This document shows, one piece after another, positions 9,242 to 17,446 of a stretch of 38,216 nt of DNA. Position numbers and translations under genes: made by a program. The notes beneath the pieces are model-generated. The model made no database searches and was not told where the DNA came from. It saw nothing but the letters and a program-made list of their open reading frames with translations. Numbering within the stretch: position 1 is the first letter of the stretch; every line of letters starts with the position of its first letter. This DNA is from Pseudomonadota bacterium. GTDB taxonomy: Bacteria; Pseudomonadota; Alphaproteobacteria; RF32; CAG-239. The stretch spans positions 1 to 38,216 of the forward strand of contig CAKJXZ020000007.1 of NCBI GenBank assembly GCA_918234285.1, given 5' to 3'.

Positions 9242-9329
9242 ATACCAAGTCTCCTATTGTGCAATAATACACATATTTTCGCGGCTTGCAACAGAAAACC
9301 GCTATTTTTTGAACAAAAATATATAAAGC

Positions 9330-9370
9330 AAAAAAATCCGCCCGAGGTATGGTACCTCAAGCGGATTCTT
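9330..9370 (-). terminator. Intrinsic terminator of the 9436-10203 gene
   Basis: Minus strand AATCCGC-TT-GAGGTA-cca-TACCTC-GG-GCGGATT followed by a T run (two G-U pairs). Confidence 0.8.
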
Positions 9371-9435
9371 CAAGAGTCATGCTTTACAGCCTGTCTTATC
9401 CGGCTTATTCAAGCGGCCAAACCGCTTTCCGCCGT

Positions 9436-10203
9436 TTAGTACAGCCCCTCAAGCAGCAGATTATACATTTTCAGCGTAGCGGGCGTCGGAACGCCATACT
9501 TGCCCACCTTACCGATAAAGTCTATGCCCTTGCGCAGGCGCGCTACTGCACAGACCGACGGCTTTACCCTTTTCCCCGGAGTGTACGGACGACAATACGG
9601 GGTACCGGAGCGGTTGATACCGAGACGAACGGCCGTCTTGTCGGGAGCATCGGCATCGGGAGCGATCCACATGTCGGGAATCTGGTTGACCCCGGAGTAA
9701 TGCAGATGAATCTCGGCTCCTTCCGGCAGCTCCACATCGGGAATCTCAGCAGCGGCATCCTCCATCGTGGCGAGGCAATTCTCCAGCCAGTTCTTGGCAA
9801 AGCAAGAGAATATCTTACCTGCCTCCTCCGCCGTCGGAAGACGGAATTCGATTTCCGGAACGTCATCATCGGCAACGCCGACCATCGTCTGCTTCAGGTC
9901 TTCTTTGATGCTCTGCAGGTAGCCCTCGACATCATCCTTCTTGACCTTTTCAGACACAACCGCACCGAAAACGATGTCACCGATAGCGTAACCGACCAGT
10001 TTGCCCTTTTCGTTCAGGGTATCAATCGGGAACGGCGAAGATACCAACATACCACCCAGAGAATACACCCAGTTGTACGGGCTCTTCTCCTCGATCGGAC
10101 AGGTAAGCCAGGTCGTGTAGGCCTTGGCAATCTCATTTACCTCTCTTGCGGAAACGCCGAAATGACGTAACGCACGGTAAATTCCATAGACATTTTTTCT
10201 CAT
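9436..10203 (-). CDS. Orphan hypothetical protein
   Basis: 255-aa ORF with natural composition, its own promoter-like element and a terminator; visibly more GC-rich than its neighbours. The antisense ORF 9349-10170 is a shadow. Confidence 0.8.
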   Translation of the reverse strand: MRKNVYGIYRALRHFGVSAREVNEIAKAYTTWLTCPIEEKSPYNWVYSLGGMLVSSPFPIDTLNEKGKLVGYAIGDIVFGAVVSEKVKKDDVEGYLQSIKEDLKQTMVGVADDDVPEIEFRLPTAEEAGKIFSCFAKNWLENCLATMEDAAAEIPDVELPEGAEIHLHYSGVNQIPDMWIAPDADAPDKTAVRLGINRSGTPYCRPYTPGKRVKPSVCAVARLRKGIDFIGKVGKYGVPTPATLKMYNLLLEGLY

Positions 10204-10334
10204 ACGCTGATTTTCTCGGCTTTAACGAGCGTAGGTTCTCTACGGCTTACATTTGTTGAACATGTATATGTATTCCCTGCCAGCGCAAGGAAACATTTTT
10301 CTAATGATATACTCATAATTCGATTGTATTGCCA

Positions 10335-10377
10335 TAAATACAACAAAAATAAACAAAAGTCAAGTTTTTTTGTTTAT
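10335..10377 (-). promoter_or_regulatory. Putative promoter with an operator-like inverted repeat around the -35
   Basis: Minus strand TTGACT-17 nt-TATTTA; 10-bp inverted repeat ATAAACAAAA (10349-10358)/TTTTGTTTAT (10368-10377). Confidence 0.45.
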
Positions 10378-10386
10378 ACCCACGCC

Positions 10387-10415
10387 AAAAAGCCGACTTG
10401 CAAAGAAGTCGGCTT
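10387..10415 (-). terminator. Intrinsic terminator of fabI
   Basis: AAGCCGACTT-6 nt-AAGTCGGCTT plus a T run on the minus strand. Confidence 0.85.
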
Positions 10416-10438
10416 ACAAATTCTGATTTTATTTATTA

Positions 10439-11263
10439 TTATTTGAATTCACTCAAAACATCAGAACTTTCGCCGGCTTTATCAATGTTAACCATGGCTA
10501 TTTTGTTATAACCGCAGTCCACGTGAACCACTTCGCCGGTTACGGCCGCGCCCAAATCCGAAAGCAGGCTCAAAGCCATATTGCCGACTTGAGTTTGCGA
10601 AACATTGTGTTGCAGCGGCGCATTCAATTCGTTCCAGCGCAAAATCGTGCGGAAATCACCGATACCGGAAGCGGCCAGTGTCTTAATCGGGCCGGCGGAA
10701 ATCGCGTTAACGCGTACGCCCTGTTTGCCCATATCCACCGCGGCATAACGCACCGAAGCTTCCAATGCGGCCTTAGCCACGCCCATAATGTTATAGTTCG
10801 GCAACACGCGCTCGGCACCCAAATAGGTCAGCGTCACAATCGAACCGTTTTCGTTCATAATCGGCGAAGCGCAACGGCAGGCCTCCAAAAACGAGTAGCA
10901 CGAAATATGCATGGTGTTCAAAAAGTTATCCAGCGTGGTATCAATGGTACGACCGCGCAATTGATCCTTGTCGGAAAAAGCAATGGCGTGAACCACAAAA
11001 TCTATCTTGCCCCATTTTTCGCCGAGTTCCTTAAAGCATTGTTCCACCGAAGCGCTGTCGGAAACATCGCACTTTATCAGCAGCGGATTATTGAGCTGTT
11101 CGGCGAGCGGACGCACCCGTTTTTCCAGCATATCGTTCTGATACGAAATTGCAATCTGCGCGCCATGCTCGTTTAAGGCCTGCGCAATTCCCCACGCGAT
11201 AGATTTATCGTTTGCCAAACCCATGATAATGCCTTTTTTACCGGCCATAAGCTGTTCTGCCAT
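10439..11263 (-). CDS. fabI: Enoyl-ACP reductase FabI
   Basis: GLANDKSIAWGIA, catalytic YNIMGVAK (Y-x6-K), NAISAGPIKTLA. Confidence 0.97.
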   Translation of the reverse strand: MAEQLMAGKKGIIMGLANDKSIAWGIAQALNEHGAQIAISYQNDMLEKRVRPLAEQLNNPLLIKCDVSDSASVEQCFKELGEKWGKIDFVVHAIAFSDKDQLRGRTIDTTLDNFLNTMHISCYSFLEACRCASPIMNENGSIVTLTYLGAERVLPNYNIMGVAKAALEASVRYAAVDMGKQGVRVNAISAGPIKTLAASGIGDFRTILRWNELNAPLQHNVSQTQVGNMALSLLSDLGAAVTGEVVHVDCGYNKIAMVNIDKAGESSDVLSEFK

Positions 11264-11364
11264 CTTCTTATCCTTTTTTTAAGTTATTGGTTATATATTA
11301 GTTACCGTTGAGATACTTATACAGAATTAATCTCGTTTGTAAATCTTTTTTTGAAAGTTGTACG

Positions 11365-12270
11365 ATGTCAAAATTGCAATTATCCGGTAAAACGCGCAAA
11401 ACCGTCTGGCTGTTTGCCAAATACCTGTTTTATCGGGTACAGGATGCCATGATTCTGCGTTCGGCCGCCGCGCTCAGCTATACCACTCTGTTGGCGGTTG
11501 TGCCGTTTATGGCCGTTGTGTTGTCGGTATTTGCCCTTTTCCCGATGTTTGCCGATATGCGGGCGCAAGTACAGGAAATGCTGATACGCTATGTGATGCC
11601 GGATATGATTCAAAACGTGCAACACTATATCAATGTGTTTATCGGTGCCGCCGGCAAATTGACCACCATCGGTCTGGCCGGTATCGCCTTAACCGCGGTG
11701 TTTATGCTCTCCACCATTGAAGACAGCTTCAACTTTATTTTTCAGATTAAACGCCGCCGCAAAATCACCACTAAAATCTACGGCTATGCCTTCATCATTA
11801 TTGTTTGCCCTCTGCTTATCGGCTCTGCCCTGTATTTGAAGGGATACCTGTTTACCATTCGTTACCTCAACCCGGAAAACATTATCGGCTACAACTGGTT
11901 CGCCACTTATATTCTACCGCACTTGCCGACACTGTTGTGCCTGATGTTTGCCTATGTTTTGGTACCAAACAAAAAAGTCAGCTACAAAAATGCTTTTTAT
12001 GGGGCGCTGTTTGCGTCGGTTGCCATGTTTATTCTGCGCATCGGCTTCGGTTATTTTCTGCAATTAAATGTTACGTATCGCACCATTTACGGCGCATTGG
12101 CCGCCGTGCCGGTTTTACTGGTTTGGATGTATTTATGGTGGAACGTGGTGCTTTCCGGCGCCATTTTAACCGCCGCTCTCGAAGATTTCAGCCACAAAAA
12201 AAATATGTGGCGCAAAACGACGAACCAAACCGTCAAAGCCGCACAAAATCATATTGACTCCGCCGCCTGA
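11365..12270 (+). CDS. YihY/BrkB family inner membrane protein
   Basis: SAAALSYTTLLAVVP and YRTIYGALAAVPVLLVWMYLWW motifs; start probably ATG 11365. Confidence 0.93.
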   Translation: MSKLQLSGKTRKTVWLFAKYLFYRVQDAMILRSAAALSYTTLLAVVPFMAVVLSVFALFPMFADMRAQVQEMLIRYVMPDMIQNVQHYINVFIGAAGKLTTIGLAGIALTAVFMLSTIEDSFNFIFQIKRRRKITTKIYGYAFIIIVCPLLIGSALYLKGYLFTIRYLNPENIIGYNWFATYILPHLPTLLCLMFAYVLVPNKKVSYKNAFYGALFASVAMFILRIGFGYFLQLNVTYRTIYGALAAVPVLLVWMYLWWNVVLSGAILTAALEDFSHKKNMWRKTTNQTVKAAQNHIDSAA

Positions 12271-12282
12271 ATCCGCTAAAAT
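12254..12282 (+). promoter_or_regulatory. Putative sigma70 promoter for 12313-13284
   Basis: TTGACT-17 nt-TAAAAT, then GAGGGGG SD. Confidence 0.6.
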
Positions 12283-12312
12283 ATAATTAGAAAGTCTGAG
12301 GGGGGCAGTAAT

Positions 12313-13284
12313 ATGAGCAATAAACAGAGATTAATGAGTAACAGATTCGGATTACCCGACTATTTCCCGTTTAGTACACCTACAGGCGCGGCGGCAATTC
12401 AAGATGCTGCCCAGACCATAGATATGATAGTCAACGGCTACAATCAGGACATCAAGCCGATTACCAAGCGTACCCCGATGCCGCCGAAAGATGAAAAACC
12501 GATTTATATTTACAAATACCACTCTGGCGGTGTCGGTCACGTCGGTATGTATTATGACGGCGAGCGCGTGGACCTTTACCCGAGCGACGTGTATAATGCG
12601 CAAAAAAACGATGACATTCTGGCTCAAGCCGGAGCCGTATTATATTCGACAGCAGGTGCTTCCAATCCGGTCGTTTTCCGCACGGAAGCCAATATCCCCG
12701 AAGATGCCGAAGATATTTCCTGTTATGCCATATATCCGAGCCAACTGCCGGGTAACGTAACTCCGGACAAGATAAAAACTTCCATGCAACAGGTCAAAAA
12801 AGAATGCAATCCGTATCAGTTATATAACAATAACTGCGCCGACCAGGTCATCAAGGTATTCAAAAAACTGGGGATTGATATGTCGGAAACCAAACCGGAC
12901 GGAATAGTGGCACTGCCTTCCTCGGTTGAAAATTTTGCCAAAGCTAACGGGTATGATGTTCCGTTTGAGGGAATTCCTTTTAAAAACAACCACAAAAAAG
13001 ACCAGGTTTATTCTTTGTATGAAGAACGTGATCAATCACGCAGAAGAGCCCAAATATATCAGGAAAGCATCCAACAATACAATGCTTCGCGGTTAGCGGC
13101 GGCACAACAGCAAAATCCGCTGTCGGCACAAGAATCAACGTGGATTCAGCTCAATCCGCGCGAGCTAGCTCAACAATTTGAACAAGGGGTACACAATCGG
13201 CCGAAATTACAACTGCCAAAAACAAAGCAAAGCGTCGGGAAAGGAACGATAGTTGCCAAACGTAAATCCAAACAAAACGACTGA
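12313..13284 (+). CDS. Permuted papain-fold (PPPDE/DUF4105/LRAT-like) cysteine hydrolase with a low-complexity tail
   Basis: GHVGMYY (His) precedes YQLYNNNCAD (Cys), the His-before-Cys order of permuted NlpC/P60-type enzymes. Confidence 0.7.
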   Translation: MSNKQRLMSNRFGLPDYFPFSTPTGAAAIQDAAQTIDMIVNGYNQDIKPITKRTPMPPKDEKPIYIYKYHSGGVGHVGMYYDGERVDLYPSDVYNAQKNDDILAQAGAVLYSTAGASNPVVFRTEANIPEDAEDISCYAIYPSQLPGNVTPDKIKTSMQQVKKECNPYQLYNNNCADQVIKVFKKLGIDMSETKPDGIVALPSSVENFAKANGYDVPFEGIPFKNNHKKDQVYSLYEERDQSRRRAQIYQESIQQYNASRLAAAQQQNPLSAQESTWIQLNPRELAQQFEQGVHNRPKLQLPKTKQSVGKGTIVAKRKSKQND

Positions 13285-13303
13285 CATATCCCATAAAAAT
13301 AAC

Positions 13304-13337
13304 AAAAATGCCGGCTTAATCACAAATAAGCCGGCAT
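13304..13337 (-). terminator. Intrinsic terminator between convergent genes
   Basis: ATGCCGGCTTA-8 nt-TAAGCCGGCAT, with a T run on the minus strand. Confidence 0.8.
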
Positions 13338-13355
13338 AACTGTATAAAATAGGTC

Positions 13356-14333
13356 TTATTCTTTTGCTTCCAAAAGTCGGCAATATCCGGCCGTCTGCAA
13401 TTCATACATCAATTTAGCGTCCACATGTTGCGTTTTATCATTAGAAACAGAAGTGCGCGAACTAATAGAACCGTCCGAATTGACGATTTCTTTGGCCCCG
13501 TATAAATCAATCAAATCACGATACGGCTCCAACAACTGAGCAATTTTTTCATTAGGAACTTCACATACTACGGTGTAGTTCATAAACTTATTATCGACGG
13601 TGATTTCGTTCACGAATGCCAATTCACAGATATCTTCCTTAAGCTGAGCGGTCATATCAGTTACCGTCGTAACGTTAACAAAAGTATATTCCGTTGTTGC
13701 CCGACCGTTATGATGTAAATATTTATATTCTTCGCATTTATTCAACTCCGACATCAAATTGGCATAATTGTACCTGTCAGTATATACCAAAGTGCTTATT
13801 AACGGATTTTTGCAAAGCTTTTCCAAATCCTCATAAGTCCCTATTTGCACTAAATCTTCCATTGGAATACTCATATCGAAAACCGCAAGTTTTATTTCGC
13901 AATTTTCACCCTCAAGCCCCTTAATTTCGATATTTTCCAACTGATTATTCACATTTCTCGATGTTTTGGCCGGAGCGCAGTCGTCCAATTTTTCCTTAAA
14001 ATCTTCCGGCAGAGCTTCCGGTGCTTTTTCCGCCGTGGCAGACGTTTCCTCCGATGTTTCGGTTGCTTTCAACAGATCAACTTTTTCCTCGACCACGTCT
14101 GTTGGCATATCTTCTTCCGATGTTTCGGTAGCCTGCAACAAATCAACCTTTTCCTCGACCGCATCGACGGCTTCCTCAACCTCATTCGCGGTCGCTTCCG
14201 TACTTTCCGCAGCTTCATCGGAAGTTGCAACAACACTTTCCGTCTCGGTTTCCGGCGCAGATAGAATATCATCCTCGGCATAAGCCGGTACGGCCAACAA
14301 TCCGGATAAAAACAGTAAATAAAACACTTTCAT
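13356..14333 (-). CDS. Secreted acidic hypothetical protein with a Cys-containing C-terminal region
   Basis: Signal peptide MKVFYLLFLSGLLAVPAYA; GAGG SD before ATG 14333; E/T/A-rich N-terminus. Confidence 0.8.
   Translation of the reverse strand: MKVFYLLFLSGLLAVPAYAEDDILSAPETETESVVATSDEAAESTEATANEVEEAVDAVEEKVDLLQATETSEEDMPTDVVEEKVDLLKATETSEETSATAEKAPEALPEDFKEKLDDCAPAKTSRNVNNQLENIEIKGLEGENCEIKLAVFDMSIPMEDLVQIGTYEDLEKLCKNPLISTLVYTDRYNYANLMSELNKCEEYKYLHHNGRATTEYTFVNVTTVTDMTAQLKEDICELAFVNEITVDNKFMNYTVVCEVPNEKIAQLLEPYRDLIDLYGAKEIVNSDGSISSRTSVSNDKTQHVDAKLMYELQTAGYCRLLEAKE
14046..14160. repeat. Intragenic 66-bp-period duplication (VEEKVDLLxATETSEE twice)
   Basis: CCGATGTTTCGGT at 14051 and 14117; TTCCTCGACC ends at 14094 and 14160. 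Confidence 0.9.
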
Positions 14334-14493
14334 TTTAGCACCTCTCAATAATATACCCTTATATATGAAAAATTTTAAGCTGTTTGTAAAGATAAAAATA
14401 TCACATATTTAAAAAATATCTTGATTTTCTGATTAAATCGGATAAACTGCGCCTTACAACTGATGAACATAAACCATTTTAAGGAGATTAGAA

Positions 14494-14733
14494 ATGCCTT
14501 CAGTAATTAACGATTCTTGTATTAAATGCGGAACTTGCGCTTCCATTTGTCCGGTCAGCGCCATGCACGATGCCGGTTCTCAGCTGGTTATCGATCCGGA
14601 TACCTGCATTGACTGCGGTGCTTGTATTGCCGAATGTCCGCAAGGTGCAATTTGCAACGATGCCGAAGCAAGCGCTGAAGCCGTCAAGTTCAATGCGGAA
14701 CAAGCTGCGGTAAGCCCTAACGCAAACGATTAA
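14494..14733 (+). CDS. 2[4Fe-4S] ferredoxin (clostridial type)
   Basis: Two CxxCxxCxxxCP motifs (CIKCGTCASICP, CIDCGACIAECP); AAGGAG SD. Confidence 0.96.
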   Translation: MPSVINDSCIKCGTCASICPVSAMHDAGSQLVIDPDTCIDCGACIAECPQGAICNDAEASAEAVKFNAEQAAVSPNAND

Positions 14734-14747
14734 TTGCTTAGTTTACT

Positions 14748-14778
14748 AAAAACTCAGGATGGTTTCCTGAGTTTTTTT
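14748..14778 (+). terminator. Intrinsic terminator after the ferredoxin gene
   Basis: AAAAACTCAGGA-tggtt-TCCTGAGTTTTTTT. Confidence 0.85.
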
Positions 14779-14780
14779 AT

Positions 14781-15551
14781 ATGGAAAAAACAATGCCGAC
14801 CGAATACACCGACGATTATTTGCTGGATAAAAAAGTCAAAATATTCCAGCCGGTTAACGGATACCGCGCCTCAAGCGATGCGGTGTTGCTTTCGGCTATG
14901 GCGGATAATATCAAGCCGGGCAGCCGGATTCTGGACGTCGGTTCCGGTACCGGCGCAATCTCGCTTTGTTTGGCGCAACGTTTGCAAAATCAAGAAGTAG
15001 AAATTCATGGTCTGGAACTGCAGGACGAATTGGCGGAACTGGCCAACCTGAGCGCCGTCGCCAACGGCTTTTCTTTTGTGCGCTTTCATCAAACGGATAT
15101 ACGGCAAAAGATAACCTCGGCAGATATTTTACCCTGCTCTTTTGATATTGTAATTTCCAACCCGCCGTACAGCGAACACGATATGCCTTCTCCAAACCAA
15201 AGCAAGGCAACGGCACATAATCAGCTTGATTTCAGTCTTGAAAAGTGGGTATCATTTTGCTTAAAAATGGCTAAACCTTTCGGCCGTATATATTTTGTGC
15301 ACAGAGCCGAAGCGCTCTCGCAAATATGTACGGCTCTGCACGACAAAGCCGGCAATCTTACCATTTTGCCGCTCTATTCCAAAACCGCACAGAATGCCAA
15401 ACGGGTTATTGTATCGGCACAAAAAGATTCCAAAGCCCCGTGCCGAATTCTGCCACCCTTTATCATTCACGACGATGTCGGCAAATATACACCGGCGGCC
15501 GAGAGTATTTTGCGGCAGGGAAAAACCTTTGCCGATATCTTTCGTATTTAA
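14781..15551 (+). CDS. tRNA1(Val) A37 N6-methyltransferase (TrmN6/YfiC family)
   Basis: QPVNGYRASSDAVLL, SAM motif LDVGSGTG, NPPY; start could be ATG 14793. Confidence 0.88.
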   Translation: MEKTMPTEYTDDYLLDKKVKIFQPVNGYRASSDAVLLSAMADNIKPGSRILDVGSGTGAISLCLAQRLQNQEVEIHGLELQDELAELANLSAVANGFSFVRFHQTDIRQKITSADILPCSFDIVISNPPYSEHDMPSPNQSKATAHNQLDFSLEKWVSFCLKMAKPFGRIYFVHRAEALSQICTALHDKAGNLTILPLYSKTAQNAKRVIVSAQKDSKAPCRILPPFIIHDDVGKYTPAAESILRQGKTFADIFRI

Positions 15552-15606
15552 TTGTATTTTTACTTTTTTATAGTACCATATTTCAAAATTGTGAGCGGAG
15601 TTTATT

Positions 15607-16728
15607 ATGAATAAATATACATTTATGGCAACAGCATTAATAAGTGTTGTATGCGGCTTAAAGTCTGTTCGGGCTGATATGCCGTATTATGATGATGACG
15701 ATGAATATAAACATTGTGCGCAAGCCACCGGTAAATTGGATAAATGCGCTCATGAGGAAATGTTGCGAACGCTTGAAACGGTAAAACGCGACTATCGTGA
15801 CATTCTGAAGGACCCGACTATTCTTAAATGGCACGGAAAGTTAGAGGAAAACACGGAAATTCTGCGCGACATGTATGAAAGTTGGAGCGCATTCCGCAAC
15901 CGTATGTGTATGCTTGCTTATGTCTCCTCTTTGCACATGAAACCTACCACCGACGAGAGATACTCCTGCAATTTATATTACACTTTTCAGCACAAAGCGC
16001 AGGTTGAGGGTGTTTTACAGTTGATGAAAATAGGGGAAAACAAGAAACCGACGGACGAAGAAACAACCGATCCGGCAGCCGAAGTTGATAAACAGACCAT
16101 TGCTAATTTGAATAAACTGATTGAAATTACCCACGATGAGCAATTTAAAACCTGTAATGAAAAAGAACCTCTCGAAGATTGCATTCAAGATGAAATCAAC
16201 CGCTCATCGCAAGAAGTCAAGGATATGTATAAAATATTTATAGCCGATCCGTATGTCGGTAAATGGAACAACGGCCCGAGCTTGCAACACGGCAACTATC
16301 GCGATATGTATGACAGTTGGCTTGCTTATCGCAACCGCATTTGCCAATTATTAAGTTGGTCGATGAACTATGCGCTCGGCAGCGATGTTCCGGCAAGATT
16401 CGAAATGTGCCTGATAATGAACAACCGTACAAAAACCGAAGTTATGAAAAACTTGTATGCGGTTATTCATTCCCTGAAGCAAGAAGATTTAGATAATTTT
16501 GATGAAACGGTTAAAAAACTGAAAGATGCTAAATTAACCCGCCATACCGACGGCAGCGAAGAAATAGGCAAAGCTATCACACCGTTGAAACGGCAGATTT
16601 CTTCAGGAGAAGATCGCGCCGATGATGAATTGGTCCCTACTTATTCGCAACAAAATAGTCAGCAGCAACAACAGCCTCAGACGGAAAATCGCAACAAAGA
16701 AATTCCGGCTTGGGCACAGCAAAAGTAA
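15607..16728 (+). CDS. Secreted protein with two tandem LprI/DUF1311-like domains
   Basis: Signal peptide; repeated RDMYESWSAFRNRMC and RDMYDSWLAYRNRIC with flanking Cys; Q-rich tail. Confidence 0.75.
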   Translation: MNKYTFMATALISVVCGLKSVRADMPYYDDDDEYKHCAQATGKLDKCAHEEMLRTLETVKRDYRDILKDPTILKWHGKLEENTEILRDMYESWSAFRNRMCMLAYVSSLHMKPTTDERYSCNLYYTFQHKAQVEGVLQLMKIGENKKPTDEETTDPAAEVDKQTIANLNKLIEITHDEQFKTCNEKEPLEDCIQDEINRSSQEVKDMYKIFIADPYVGKWNNGPSLQHGNYRDMYDSWLAYRNRICQLLSWSMNYALGSDVPARFEMCLIMNNRTKTEVMKNLYAVIHSLKQEDLDNFDETVKKLKDAKLTRHTDGSEEIGKAITPLKRQISSGEDRADDELVPTYSQQNSQQQQQPQTENRNKEIPAWAQQK

Positions 16729-16801
16729 TTATACATACCAAAAAGTATAAAAAATATGTTGCATTTGCATTTTTTCGTTTTATACATACGATATAGTATA
16801 A
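16729..16801. promoter_or_regulatory. Two putative TetR operators (TTATACATAC-N6-GTATAA) overlapping the efflux operon promoter
   Basis: Copies at 16729-16750 and 16780-16801, each a TTATAC-N10-GTATAA palindrome; the second overlaps TATAAT at 16797-16802. Confidence 0.75.
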
Positions 16802-16819
16802 TTAACCAGAGGTAACGTC

Positions 16820-17446
16820 ATGCGCAGAACCAAAGAAGATGCCGAACAGACCAGACTGTCGATTCTAGCCTCGGCCATGGATATCTTTTATGAAAAGGGT
16901 TATTCCAAAACAACTTTCGATGAAATCGCCAAACGAATTAATTTAACCAAAGGCGCCGTTTATTGGTATTTCCGTAACAAACCGGATATTGTTGCGGCCC
17001 TGATTAACGATTTTGCCGACCGCTATATCAACTTATTGCACATTTTCTTGGAGCAAAATCCGATTCCGAGTTTTGAGCGGATTATTAAAATGCAGCTTTT
17101 TATCAACAAAAAGATTCGCGAAGACATTTTGTTCTACAAGTTTTTGTTCTTCATTACCTGTCAGATGGAATGGAGTGAAGCCATCATCCACAAAATTCAG
17201 CCGTCTATTGAACAAACCAAGCAGGTTACCCGCCGGCTGTTTCTTGATGCATTGGAGGCTTTGCAGCAACAAAAACAGATTCGTGACGATGTGGATATTG
17301 CCATGATTTGCGAGATTCTGATGACTCTCTACGGCGGATTATTGGAGGCGGAATTTACTCATCGCCTCACCCACGATTTTGACTCTGCGGTTACGACCGG
17401 TTTCAACTTAATTTTTAACAGCATAAAAACGGAAGGTACAAAATAA
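16820..17446 (+). CDS. TetR/AcrR family transcriptional regulator
   Basis: MRRTKEDAEQTR..IL..A..F..KGY..TT..IA....TKGAVYWYF HTH. Confidence 0.95.
   Translation: MRRTKEDAEQTRLSILASAMDIFYEKGYSKTTFDEIAKRINLTKGAVYWYFRNKPDIVAALINDFADRYINLLHIFLEQNPIPSFERIIKMQLFINKKIREDILFYKFLFFITCQMEWSEAIIHKIQPSIEQTKQVTRRLFLDALEALQQQKQIRDDVDIAMICEILMTLYGGLLEAEFTHRLTHDFDSAVTTGFNLIFNSIKTEGTK

Noticed and set aside
8384-10170. Long plus-strand ORFs 8384-9439 and 9349-10170
   Set aside because: Antisense to the GT2 gene and the 9436-10203 gene; they cross a terminator and have unnatural composition.
14375-14389. Additional CtrA-like sites (TTAA-N7-GTAA here; TTAA-N7-TTGA at 30431-30445)
   Set aside because: Single-mismatch hits in very AT-rich DNA are expected by chance.
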